Virus record (IMG/VR): IMGVR_UViG_3300027895_000070
Span: 435-64,434 of that record
DNA from: a virus
Strand: one strand, 5' to 3'
DNA length: 64,000 nt
Shown piece by piece: positions 28,303 through 37,293 of the stretch. Made by a program: the position numbers and the translations under genes. The notes under the pieces are model-generated. The model was not told the DNA's origin. It did no database searches and was given only the letters and a program-made list of their open reading frames with translations. Position 1 is the stretch's first letter, and each line of letters begins with the position of its first letter.

Positions 28303-29700
28303 ATGCAGAAGCTCAGCGCCTTCCTGTTCAAGCTCATTGCATGGGTCGTAGGGATTTATTCGTGGTTCTACCTATGCGTGGAATCCCAGACTTCTCCCCG
28401 CGAAGCGGCATCTCGCGCCTTACAGTGGGAGCACACGAAGGTGACTAGATTCGAGGTCATTTCGTTACTTATTTTAGTAGCTTTCTTAGCTGTTGTTTCG
28501 TTTATAGAGCGAATTTGGAAGTTCATTTTTAAGGCCCCGATGCAACGACTTCTAAAGAAATTCGGGCCATATGGATTCGTGCGAGCCGAATGGGGCAAGG
28601 GCCTAGCGGCCAGAAAAGACCTTTGGACGGATTTTACGTTGGATGGACGCCACTTGGTTGAGACAGTGAAGCGGGAAATGTTTGAAGCGAAAAAAACGGG
28701 GGCGGTCATCCGCGCGAACTTCAGGGAACTCAATCTTCCCCAAATGTTTCCTGACAGTAAGTTCCTAAAGCTCACATTTCCGAATGGAAGGTATGTCGAG
28801 ATTAAAGAAGGTGACTCAATAGACTTCCCTGCGAATCTGACGGTCTATGCTGGCGATCCGAGCCGAGCGCTTACACCAGAACAAATAGCTACCCCTAAAC
28901 TGGAAAAACAGGAGCCGGAAGACCGCCCCATCATTCCGTCTATCGCTGGAGCGTGGAAAGACGCGGAAGGAGCAATCACGCGAATTACACAGGATGGCGA
29001 TAAGTGGACGGGGAAATGTTCGTATAAGCTGAAGGACGGCACACTCGTTGAATCCGAGATTTCCGGGACAATCGGACTAGATAGGAAAATTAGGGGAACT
29101 CTTTACCATACAAATTGCCCTCCTGATTGGGAGGTTAAACAGGATCACGAGAGCGAAGTATCGGAAGATGGAAATAAAATAAACGGTACGGCAATTTGGA
29201 AGGGTGGTGCTCGTAATTACACGTGGTCCAGAAACGTACAGACCGACTCTTCAGCGGTGTTTGTTCCCTCTGAAAAGCGCGTCTCCACACCCGAGAATTC
29301 GTACCGCATTCTTACAGATGCTCAACGGGCATCCATCAAAGATGCTCTTTCTGAATTCGCGCCACAACAATTCCAAGTATTGCAGGTGGGGTTTGGAGAC
29401 AATCAAGCCGCTCACTTCGCGCAGCTAATCCACAAATGCATGATTGACGATTGCGGCTGGTGCGGAGGTATAAGCTTGCACCTCGACGCGAGCGAACAGG
29501 GGATAAAAATCCATTCGGGTATCGGCGTAATGCTTAGCCAAGAAGATTCCAATCGGTCCGATAGAATGAGGGAGATACGAAAGCGAGCCATGAAGATATT
29601 TGCGATTGCGGGCATCCCCGTTTCTGACAGATTTGCAAAAGAAGCGATCCATCCGACGCCGGTCGGTATCGTGGAAATTGTTGTGGCGGCGAAGCCATAG
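28303..29700 (+). CDS. Membrane protein (2 TM) with multidomain soluble part
   Basis: Two N-terminal hydrophobic segments; C-terminal domain resembles that of 27435-28034 (DDCGW; ends VEIVVAAKP). Confidence 0.75.
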   Translation: MQKLSAFLFKLIAWVVGIYSWFYLCVESQTSPREAASRALQWEHTKVTRFEVISLLILVAFLAVVSFIERIWKFIFKAPMQRLLKKFGPYGFVRAEWGKGLAARKDLWTDFTLDGRHLVETVKREMFEAKKTGAVIRANFRELNLPQMFPDSKFLKLTFPNGRYVEIKEGDSIDFPANLTVYAGDPSRALTPEQIATPKLEKQEPEDRPIIPSIAGAWKDAEGAITRITQDGDKWTGKCSYKLKDGTLVESEISGTIGLDRKIRGTLYHTNCPPDWEVKQDHESEVSEDGNKINGTAIWKGGARNYTWSRNVQTDSSAVFVPSEKRVSTPENSYRILTDAQRASIKDALSEFAPQQFQVLQVGFGDNQAAHFAQLIHKCMIDDCGWCGGISLHLDASEQGIKIHSGIGVMLSQEDSNRSDRMREIRKRAMKIFAIAGIPVSDRFAKEAIHPTPVGIVEIVVAAKP

Positions 29701-29704
29701 GAGC

Positions 29705-29926
29705 CTAGCCAGAAAGACGCTCTAGAAATGCCACGGGCAAATTCAAATCCTCCAGTTCCCTTTTGGCATCCCGGCGTAGGCGTTGCCTTATCCAGCCGGA
29801 TAGGGGCAATCCCGCCGCTTCCGCTGCGGCACGGAATGCGTCTTTTTCGGACTTCTCGACGCGCATCTCAATCCACTCGGTTTTCACGGCATCCGGTTTT
29901 TTCTTCGGTCGTCCAGCTTTTGCCAT
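29705..29926 (-). CDS. Ribbon-helix-helix (DUF1778-like) regulator
   Basis: GRPKK, IEMRVEKSEKDAFRAAAEAAGLPLSGWIRQRL. Confidence 0.7.
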   Translation of the reverse strand: MAKAGRPKKKPDAVKTEWIEMRVEKSEKDAFRAAAEAAGLPLSGWIRQRLRRDAKRELEDLNLPVAFLERLSG

Positions 29927-29932
29927 ACGATA

Positions 29933-30002
29933 AGGGTACGGACAAAAATCGTATTCGTCAAGACATTTTATTCTTGACGGGGACGATTAATGTCCGTACA
30001 CT
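29933..30002. promoter_or_regulatory. Mirror-image divergent promoters
   Basis: Both arms read TCTTGACG-xxx-ACGATT-xx-TGTCCGTAC, giving TTGACG-17 bp-TACCCT (-) and TTGACG-17 bp-TACACT (+). ATGs lie 6-7 nt downstream. Confidence 0.75.
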
Positions 30003-30009
30003 CATATTC

Positions 30010-30513
30010 ATGGAAAACGGCAACCTTAATCTGTACACCGATGGGATCACGGCTGGCATTGATGCCCGCAAACAGCGCGGTTTGGAAATCGCAGCTATCG
30101 CTCGGATCGACAAACAGAATGGAATCTACCTTGTCCCGTCCGTCACCAATCCCCGTCCCACGAAATACAAGGTCGCATACAACGCGGAGCGTCCGACCTG
30201 TACTTGCGAAGATCACACGATCCGGGGTTGCCGTTGCAAGCACATTTACGCCGTCGAATACTACATCAAGCGCGAGCATCACGCCGATGGCTCAACCACG
30301 GTTACGGAAGCCGTCACCGTCACCAAAACCCGCAAGACGTATCCACAGAATTGGCCCGCGTACAATCAGGCCCAAACCACCGAAAAGGCCACGTTCCAAA
30401 AGCTGCTGGCCGATCTTTGCAAGAGCCTGCCGACGCCAGCGCAGACTGGAAGCGGCCAGAGCACTCGTGCGAATGGGCATTTGCGAGGTCGCGGAAGTAG
30501 ACGACGAGGATAA
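30010..30513 (+). pseudogene. SWIM zinc-finger protein, probable truncated transposase N-terminus
   Basis: CTCEDH...CKHIYAV (SWIM) then QNWPAYNQAQTTEK; the sequence loses coherence after ~30440 and has no DDE domain. Confidence 0.55.
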
Positions 30514-30529
30514 TCCCGACACTTCTCTC

Positions 30530-30559
30530 TTGACAAAGCGCAAACAGGATGGCTAAGTT
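30530..30559 (+). promoter_or_regulatory. Candidate promoter for the late operon
   Basis: TTGACA(30530-30535)-18 bp-TAAGTT. Confidence 0.5.
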
Positions 30560-30630
30560 ACGCGGGAACCTAGGGAAAGTTGTCCCAAAATCAATGTGGC
30601 TACCGCGTCGGCGGGTTGGGAAAAACGAGC

Positions 30631-31203
30631 ATGGAAGCAGCGGTCTTAGACGTTCCATCACGCATCACCCCAGATCAACTCACTGGCGATATCCGCCTGA
30701 TTCAAACCCGCTGGAAACAGGAACAAAACCTTTGCGGCGATCTGACTGATCAGGGATTTCAGTGCTATGTCCCCAAGCAGCGAATTAAGCGTTGGTATCC
30801 ACGATTAGCAGAGTGGCGAACATGGGAAGCGATCATCTTCCCGATGTACGTGTTTCTGGGGGACTGCGGACGCGAAGAGGCCGACGTTTTCTACGCGGTG
30901 GCGGACACGGGCCGAGCTTTGCGACAGCAGCGAATATCCGATCAATCGAGGCTTCGGGCCGATCTGCGGAACTTTGAAATTGTCTACGGTGCCGGCTTGG
31001 GCGACCGACTGCAAAGAGTGACGAACTTCCGACCTGGCGAGCGATGCCGGGTAATTGCCGGGCCGATGATGGGGCTTGAGGGGTACGTGGTTCGGGACGG
31101 GAAGAAATCTAAAATCGTGATTTCGCTAAGCTCGGTCAAAGACTTCGGCGTTGCTTCGGCTCGGCAGCTTGAGATTGATCGGGACTGCTTGGAGGAATAT
31201 TGA
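30631..31203 (+). CDS. NusG-family transcription antiterminator (RfaH/UpxY-like paralogue)
   Basis: NGN domain (TRWKQEQ...GFQCYVP...IFPMYVF) and KOW motif (GERCRVIAGPMMGLEGYV). Confidence 0.85.
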   Translation: MEAAVLDVPSRITPDQLTGDIRLIQTRWKQEQNLCGDLTDQGFQCYVPKQRIKRWYPRLAEWRTWEAIIFPMYVFLGDCGREEADVFYAVADTGRALRQQRISDQSRLRADLRNFEIVYGAGLGDRLQRVTNFRPGERCRVIAGPMMGLEGYVVRDGKKSKIVISLSSVKDFGVASARQLEIDRDCLEEY

Positions 31204-31484
31204 ACCGCAACATCGACTACTTCAAAACCCTTGAGCAACTCCCCCCGCTCGCCAAGCAAGTGCTCGGAACCCTTCGTCCGCCCGGCCATCGGGTGGATTT
31301 CGATGATATCGCGACGGAACTTGATACGACCGAAAGTCTCGTAGTCGGTGCATTGACGAGTTTGAAACGCGCTCAATATGGATTGCTGGTGGACTTGAAA
31401 CTCCGTCATGTATCCGTGCAAGCGGCGTCGTGGGCGCGTATCAGCCGTGACGCGGAGATCGTGCTGGAAACGATGGATGTGTGA
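31200..31484 (+). CDS. Hypothetical protein, possible winged HTH
   Basis: DFDDIATELDTTESLVVGALTSLKR; 4-bp overlaps on both sides. Confidence 0.55.
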   Translation: MNRNIDYFKTLEQLPPLAKQVLGTLRPPGHRVDFDDIATELDTTESLVVGALTSLKRAQYGLLVDLKLRHVSVQAASWARISRDAEIVLETMDV

Positions 31485-31738
31485 AAATGAACGGAGCATC
31501 AATGCTTGAGCTTATCGCACAGACCTCACAACCGACTCCAAGCCTCGCAACGCTGTATAAAGCATTGATCGGCGCGATGATCGGCGGTTTGATTGCTGTA
31601 GGCGTCGATCTGCACAGTTACGGCCAGTCTGCTCCGGGGGCCGCATGGAATTGGAAACTGACGGCGGCGCACGCTGGATACGGCATCATCGCCGGCGGAC
31701 TTGGCGCGATCGGCATCAGCATCACGGGCACAATTTAA
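31481..31738 (+). CDS. Small two-TM membrane protein (holin candidate)
   Basis: Two hydrophobic helices; position at the start of the late operon. Confidence 0.5.
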   Translation: MKMNGASMLELIAQTSQPTPSLATLYKALIGAMIGGLIAVGVDLHSYGQSAPGAAWNWKLTAAHAGYGIIAGGLGAIGISITGTI

Positions 31739-31746
31739 GGAACCTC

Positions 31747-32181
31747 ATGAAATTCAGAATATTTGGAATCGTGACGATGTTGATTGGGCTGGCGATTGCC
31801 AGTCTGAACGCGGGCTGCGCCTCGGCCCCGACTACGCAGGAATCCGCCGTCATCACGGGAATTTCGGAAGTCGGCGTCACCGTGGGCTATGACCTCGTTC
31901 GCGCCGAACTGATTAACGATTGGAACGCCAACAAAATCAGTCCGCAGACTTGGACGAACATCGTAGCACCGGCCTTGGCTACGGCTTCCGCCGACGTGGC
32001 GGCGTATGACGCGAATCCAACTTCGGCGACACTCTCCGCGAATATTCAACGTGACACCGCGGCACTGACTACCATCGCGGCCAACTACATCATCCAATCA
32101 TCGCCAACGGCGTCCTCGCCGCCCGTTATGCCGCCACCGGTCGCGGCAATCCCCATTCCCATCATCACGACACAGCCATGA
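31747..32181 (+). CDS. Lipoprotein
   Basis: MKFR + hydrophobic stretch + LNAG|C lipobox; Pro-rich C-terminus. Confidence 0.7.
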   Translation: MKFRIFGIVTMLIGLAIASLNAGCASAPTTQESAVITGISEVGVTVGYDLVRAELINDWNANKISPQTWTNIVAPALATASADVAAYDANPTSATLSANIQRDTAALTTIAANYIIQSSPTASSPPVMPPPVAAIPIPIITTQP

Positions 32182-32411
32182 GCGTTGCGACAATTGCATT
32201 GATTATCCAGTGCTTGCCCTACCTTGAATCACTGGGCGCGGATATCGTGACGCTGATTACGGACTTGATCCAGCACAACGATGATCCTGATGCCGATGAA
32301 GTAAGGGATATCAAGACGGCACTGGCGTCCGCAATCGCGGAGCAAGGCGAAATCGATCAGGAAATCGCACAGATCACGGCGGCGGCAAAAGCCAAATTGG
32401 CTGCTGGCTAA
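32178..32411 (+). CDS. Hypothetical helical protein
   Basis: 77 aa, 4-bp overlap. Confidence 0.65.
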   Translation: MSVATIALIIQCLPYLESLGADIVTLITDLIQHNDDPDADEVRDIKTALASAIAEQGEIDQEIAQITAAAKAKLAAG

Positions 32412-32416
32412 ATCGT

Positions 32417-32749
32417 ATGTTTCAACAGATCATCAATCGACTCGACCGTATCGAACAACTTTTGCAGACCTTAATTGGTCAGGAGAAATCAATCATGGCA
32501 TCCATCACCGATCTCGCCAACGAAGTCACCCAGGAAACGACGCTCGAAACAAGCTTGGAAACCCTTCTCAGCGGAATTCAGGCCCAACTCACTGCCGCGC
32601 TGGCCAATACCATCACTCCCGCTCAGCAGGCGGTCATTGATTCAACCTTCGCCCAGCTTCAAACCAACGTGACGACACTCACGACCGCCGTGGCCGCGAA
32701 TACGCCTGCCGCGCCGCCAGTCACCAGCACCGTCGCGCCGACGGCCTAA
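32417..32749 (+). CDS. Coiled-coil hypothetical protein
   Basis: Thr/Ala/Gln heptads; internal AGGAG-ATG start at ~32495. Confidence 0.65.
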   Translation: MFQQIINRLDRIEQLLQTLIGQEKSIMASITDLANEVTQETTLETSLETLLSGIQAQLTAALANTITPAQQAVIDSTFAQLQTNVTTLTTAVAANTPAAPPVTSTVAPTA

Positions 32750-32769
32750 CCGATTCCTATTCCCCCTTC

Positions 32770-32805
32770 CCCGCGCCGTCCCCGCAATGGCGGCGCGGGT
32801 TATTT
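32770..32805 (+). terminator. Intrinsic terminator within the late region
   Basis: CCCGCGCCGTC/GGCGGCGCGGG stem followed by TTATTT. Confidence 0.65.
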
Positions 32806-32821
32806 GAACTGAGGTTGCGCG

Positions 32822-33205
32822 ATGGCCGTTTACTGTAGGGGCCAAATAACTTGTCCAAGATGCCTAAGGGTCGGATCGCTTAGGGCTACCGAAGGAATTC
32901 CGGTTCGGACGCTCGCTCCGTGCCAGCAACACTTTTCTTGTGAATGCGGATATCGTGAATGGCTTCCGGTTTTTTACGACGAGCAAAAGTCAGTTATGAA
33001 AGATGTATTCGGTCAGGAATTGAACGCCGGGGATATCGTGATCGAGGTTTCCCGCGTCACGAAACAGCCTGACGATTCGATCCCCGCGTCGATCAATTAC
33101 CTCGACCGGCTGCCGCTGGGGATTATCCGCGCCAACCCCGGCGATGATACCCGTTTCCGCATCATCAAAGACGGCGACCGGGAGATTGTCGCGAGGCCAC
33201 GATGA
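32822..33205 (+). CDS. Hypothetical protein(s), N-terminal Cys cluster
   Basis: CPRC...CECG; may be two fused or adjacent ORFs. Confidence 0.45.
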   Translation: MAVYCRGQITCPRCLRVGSLRATEGIPVRTLAPCQQHFSCECGYREWLPVFYDEQKSVMKDVFGQELNAGDIVIEVSRVTKQPDDSIPASINYLDRLPLGIIRANPGDDTRFRIIKDGDREIVARPR

Positions 33206-33402
33206 AGGTGCGAAAAAGGAATTCAAAACGATTCGCTCGATCCTTGTTCATGCGTGCAGAGGATCGGTCTAGGCACAAGTCTGCGGTGGTTGAACGCCTC
33301 GAAAACGGAAATCCAAGGAAATGAAAATCCTAACCGCTTTTGCCCGCGTCACGGTAGCCGTCCGGGCTTAAGTTGAAACAGCCAATCGCGGGCTAAAACA
33401 AC

Positions 33403-33714
33403 ATGGATTGGAATGCCATCATCCTTGCCATTTGCGGAGTTGCTGGACTGTACATCCAATATCGGATGAATCTCCAAGCCAAGGCCGACCGCAAAGCGAA
33501 CACTGAAACCACGTCTGGAAAGCTCGAAACGATTCGCCTTGACGTGAACAGTAAAATGCAAGAGGCGATCAAAAAAATGGAGGAACTGGCTTTTTTAAAG
33601 GGGAAGCAGTCGGCAGTTGACGATGCTGCCGCACTGAAGATTACAGAAAAGGACGCGGCCACGATGGAAATCGGCAGGGCAGTTCAGGCAAAGGACGCCG
33701 AGATTCCTAAATAA
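33403..33714 (+). CDS. Single-TM membrane protein with coiled coil
   Basis: N-terminal hydrophobic helix. Confidence 0.65.
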   Translation: MDWNAIILAICGVAGLYIQYRMNLQAKADRKANTETTSGKLETIRLDVNSKMQEAIKKMEELAFLKGKQSAVDDAAALKITEKDAATMEIGRAVQAKDAEIPK

Positions 33715-33757
33715 TTTTCCGCGTGAGATGTTCGCGGCGATATCGTTAAAATGAATA

Positions 33758-34147
33758 ATGAGCAACGTCCCAGAAACTTCCGTTCGTCCAAAACCCATCG
33801 ATCTCAAACGGGCCGCTGTATCAGCAGCAAAGTGGATTGCGATCCTCAGCGGGTTCGTCGGCGGGGTTGTGACAGTTTTTGATGCGAAGGATCGGTATGA
33901 TGCTCGCGTTGCGAGCGAGACGGCGGATACGATCGAAAAAGGAAACGTCCAGAAACAACTAGGTACTCTTGCGGGATGGATGGAAAAGCTGGATAGCAGG
34001 CTCACGAAGGACGAAAACTGGATGAGCTACATGGCGGGTCATGACAACGTGCCGATGAGCACCAATCGCGATCATCACGCGCCGGAACCCACGACGGAAC
34101 CGAGCGGAGAATCACGGGTTGCAACGATCAAGGAAAATCAGCAGTAG
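33758..34147 (+). CDS. Single-TM membrane protein with coiled coil
   Basis: WIAILSGFVGGVVTVF segment. Confidence 0.65.
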   Translation: MSNVPETSVRPKPIDLKRAAVSAAKWIAILSGFVGGVVTVFDAKDRYDARVASETADTIEKGNVQKQLGTLAGWMEKLDSRLTKDENWMSYMAGHDNVPMSTNRDHHAPEPTTEPSGESRVATIKENQQ

Positions 34148-34323
34148 ACTTTGAAAGGCGAATTCTATGTCAGAAATTGTACCCCCAGGCAATTCTGGAT
34201 CGGGACTCATCACGGCGGCCCGTCAGTTTCTTTTCGGATTGTTTTTCGGGATGGGATTCTGTATCTCAGAGGCGATACTTCACTTCATTGCGGAGTTGAT
34301 TTCCAATCACACGGGACGCTGAC

Positions 34324-34476
34324 ATGAACTCCACCGCCCGAACCATCCTACTCGTCATTCTGATTCTCCTCTTGATCGGAGCATTGGGCGGCGGACTTCA
34401 CGGCTACTACTATGCGGGGTATGGCGGTGGCGGATTGCTGGTTCTGATTCTCGTTCTCGTACTTGTATTCGGATGA
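34324..34476 (+). CDS. DUF3309-like small membrane protein
   Basis: Manual translation TILLVILILLLIGALGGGLHGYYYAGYGGGGLLVLILVLVLVFG. Confidence 0.7.
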   Translation: MNSTARTILLVILILLLIGALGGGLHGYYYAGYGGGGLLVLILVLVLVFG

Positions 34477-34564
34477 GCAGTGACGCCAAGTTCCTTCTGT
34501 TTCTGGCCGCGTTGCTCCTCGTCTTTTGCGGCCTCGTTCTCTTGCTGGAATATTTGAGTTATCA

Positions 34565-34885
34565 ATGAGCGAGTTAACCAAGCACACGCCAAAACTCCAT
34601 GAGCGGAAGTACCCAGATTATTCGATTTGGATGTTTTGGTGTCCCGGATGCAAATGTGGACATAGCTATCACGTGCCCCGATGGAGTTTCGACCGAAACG
34701 TGGAGAATCCTACATTTCGCCCGTCGCTTCGACTTCAATGTAACGATACGGCAGATCGATCAATGCGAACCGTTTGCCATCTGCATATTACGAACGGAAG
34801 TATCGAATACTGCGGCGACTGTTCACACGAACTGAATGGCAAGACAATTCCGATGGAACCGTTCCCGGAGAATTACGGAACATGA
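34565..34885 (+). CDS. DUF6527-like protein
   Basis: FWCPGC...H...WSFDRNVENPTFRPS...CH..ITNGSIEYCGDCSHEL. Confidence 0.7.
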   Translation: MSELTKHTPKLHERKYPDYSIWMFWCPGCKCGHSYHVPRWSFDRNVENPTFRPSLRLQCNDTADRSMRTVCHLHITNGSIEYCGDCSHELNGKTIPMEPFPENYGT

Positions 34886-35271
34886 GAGAAATCACAACAC
34901 ACAAGCTCAATGGCCTAAACGAAGCATTGCAAGTCGGTACGATTGACGAACCTGGATCGGGCGGCGCGCATCATGAATATCTAGTGAAGATGCCCGATAA
35001 CACTACATTGCATCAATACGCGATTGATGATGGCAAGAGCCTCTTGATTCCGTTCCAGAAGGGGCCAATAGCCGAGAACGGAGTCAACGGCATCAGTAAC
35101 GAGCTTTTGCTTGCCGTAGTGATCGACCGCCTTCAAGGCTTCCAGTCCGGCGAGTTCAAGTGCCGCGAGAACGCAATCGCGCTGACCCATCTTGAAGACG
35201 CAATGCACTGGCTTCAGCACCGAACGCGCCAACGACTTGCGCGGGGTGTTGAAGGAACATCGAAGGTCTAA
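34882..35271 (+). CDS. tad1: Tad1-like anti-defence nucleotide sponge
   Basis: PGSGGAHHEY, FQKGP, RLQGFQSGEF.CRENA.ALTHLEDA..W...R..RGVEGT follow the Tad1 motif order as recalled. Confidence 0.8.
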   Translation: MREITTHKLNGLNEALQVGTIDEPGSGGAHHEYLVKMPDNTTLHQYAIDDGKSLLIPFQKGPIAENGVNGISNELLLAVVIDRLQGFQSGEFKCRENAIALTHLEDAMHWLQHRTRQRLARGVEGTSKV

Positions 35272-35286
35272 AGCCAAGACAAAATT

Positions 35287-37293
35287 ATGAAACCAATTCA
35301 TAAGGTTTTTATTTTCAACGGGATTGTCGCGGCACTTACTCTTGCAGCGATTTCGCAGACGATTCCGATTCCGCCTGGCGCAACGTCGATCACGTTCAAT
35401 ATCCCTACCACCTCCCCGACGCCGCCGGCAACCCTTCCAACTCAGCCAGTCACCCCGCCGGTTACACAGCCTTCGCCGCCCGTAGTGGTGACACCGCCAA
35501 CGACCGCGCCGACAAGCCAGCCGGCAGTCGCGGACAACACCAATGGATGGCTGCCGCGCTTTGCGGTCGATGGCGATGGACATCCCGATCTTGCCGGAAA
35601 GCTGATTCTCGACTCGTCTGGGCTGCCCGTCTCCCCAACTTGGCCGACATTGGATAGCACCACGTTTGCGACTACCGCGATCAAGGCTCGCGCCTGCGAT
35701 TCCGGCGGGATCAATCCGGAGCTGATGCCGGGATGGGGTGTTTCGTATGGCGACGGATCGCCGGAGGTGGCGATGCCGGGGACGCCGCATTACCACACAG
35801 CGGCTTGGGTCGATGCCAACGGCACAATGCATCCGGCATCGTCCACAACGATTTCAGCCGCAGTCAGCAGCACGAAAACCGGATGGATCAAGGTTTGGTT
35901 CGATGGGCTCATCAGTACCACATCCGCCGGTTTCACCAACATGACGATGCAGCCCACCGTCGGCACGCACTGTGGCGTGGAGGTTATCGGCGGCCTCGGT
36001 CAATGGTACGATTCCAGCAAAAATAACGGAATCCTGCCGATTGCGTACATCACGCCGAAATCCCAGATCAACATCCCCAGCCCGAACCACATTTGGTTTG
36101 ACGGATTTGAGACGGATGGAACCGGTGCCGATGGAGTGATGGTGGCTACGGTGGTGATGACCGCACCGGGGCCAAGCAACGCGGAAATCTATTTTCAGAA
36201 TTGGCACTCAAAAAATCACCAGAACGTCTTTCAATTCCAGTTCAGCGTTTATAACGGATCGACCTACACGAATCCCGCCTATCAGTTCCCCACGATCATG
36301 CTCTACAACTGCGATATGGAGGGCGGTTGGGGCGCTCGCGATCAGCTTTACATGGCCGGTGTTCGTGATGTGTGGGTGGTAAAATGCAAGTTCAAAGACT
36401 ATGACGCCGGCATCGTTTCGCTAGGTCAGCCGCCGCGTAATGGCGACGACACCGTTTGGAACGTGTACATTAATCCAACCGCTTACACCAACGACGCCAT
36501 CGGCGTGAACATCCCCGCCACGGTTCCAGAGCCGTGCAATCGATTCATCGGGGATTACATTGGCCCCAGCCTGGACGGATTGAAGGTCGTCGGCGGGGCT
36601 ATCGTCGCAAAATGCACGTTCGAGAATCCAGCCTATGGCCTCATGATCGCCATGTACAACCAGTGGGTATTCGGCAATGCCGTTGAAGGCGCTGGCCCCG
36701 TTTTCGATGCTCATATGGCGGCCACCAACGGCACAACGACTCAGCCGGCCGGAACGCCGGGGATTTCGCAATCGTTGGGATACACGGGCACGCAGACCAA
36801 CATGAAGGGAAATGAGCGTGGGCTTTGGTTCAACCCGGTGTGCGCGCAATATCTCGAAGTCTCCGGCAACGTCGTCTATGCCAAGAACTGGCCGACGCCG
36901 GATTACTTCTGGTGGTGCGACATCCAGCCGGGAGATCAGAATACGCAAGATCCCGCCGTCAACGGCAAGATGGATTGCATCGGAAATTATGTCGCCTGGG
37001 GACAGGGCAGCTTCAATAGCCCGCAGCAAATCCCCTGCCTGCCGAACGTCGATTTGACGCGCGGTGGGACCGAGACAATCAACTACGTCGGCAGCGCGCC
37101 GAATTATCTCTGGGGCGTCACGGGAGTCGGCGGCGTGATTGGAACGTTGCCGTCGGTAGTCAATCCAAGCTTCACGCTCGGATCGTTCATGGGGGCGACG
37201 GATAGCTTCACGGCGGATCAGTCGATGCCGTGGAATTTCGACTCGTCTACGATCAGCCCGGAGGCGCTAGCCGCGTTCACGGTAAAGAATTAG
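35287..37293 (+). CDS. Large protein with signal-peptide-like N-terminus, Pro/Thr linker and probable beta-helix body
   Basis: MKPIHK + hydrophobic stretch; PT-rich 30-80 aa; Gly/Asn/aromatic beta-rich remainder. Confidence 0.75.
   Translation: MKPIHKVFIFNGIVAALTLAAISQTIPIPPGATSITFNIPTTSPTPPATLPTQPVTPPVTQPSPPVVVTPPTTAPTSQPAVADNTNGWLPRFAVDGDGHPDLAGKLILDSSGLPVSPTWPTLDSTTFATTAIKARACDSGGINPELMPGWGVSYGDGSPEVAMPGTPHYHTAAWVDANGTMHPASSTTISAAVSSTKTGWIKVWFDGLISTTSAGFTNMTMQPTVGTHCGVEVIGGLGQWYDSSKNNGILPIAYITPKSQINIPSPNHIWFDGFETDGTGADGVMVATVVMTAPGPSNAEIYFQNWHSKNHQNVFQFQFSVYNGSTYTNPAYQFPTIMLYNCDMEGGWGARDQLYMAGVRDVWVVKCKFKDYDAGIVSLGQPPRNGDDTVWNVYINPTAYTNDAIGVNIPATVPEPCNRFIGDYIGPSLDGLKVVGGAIVAKCTFENPAYGLMIAMYNQWVFGNAVEGAGPVFDAHMAATNGTTTQPAGTPGISQSLGYTGTQTNMKGNERGLWFNPVCAQYLEVSGNVVYAKNWPTPDYFWWCDIQPGDQNTQDPAVNGKMDCIGNYVAWGQGSFNSPQQIPCLPNVDLTRGGTETINYVGSAPNYLWGVTGVGGVIGTLPSVVNPSFTLGSFMGATDSFTADQSMPWNFDSSTISPEALAAFTVKN

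Noticed and set aside
27365-30513. Complete Tn7/Mu-like transposon bounded by TGT plus repeats
   Set aside because: No inverted copy of the repeats at the other side, no target duplication and no intact transposase.
30598-30620. RfaH ops site in the NusG-paralogue leader
   Set aside because: The best match GCGGTAGC is on the wrong strand; the sense GGCGGGTT is too weak to call.
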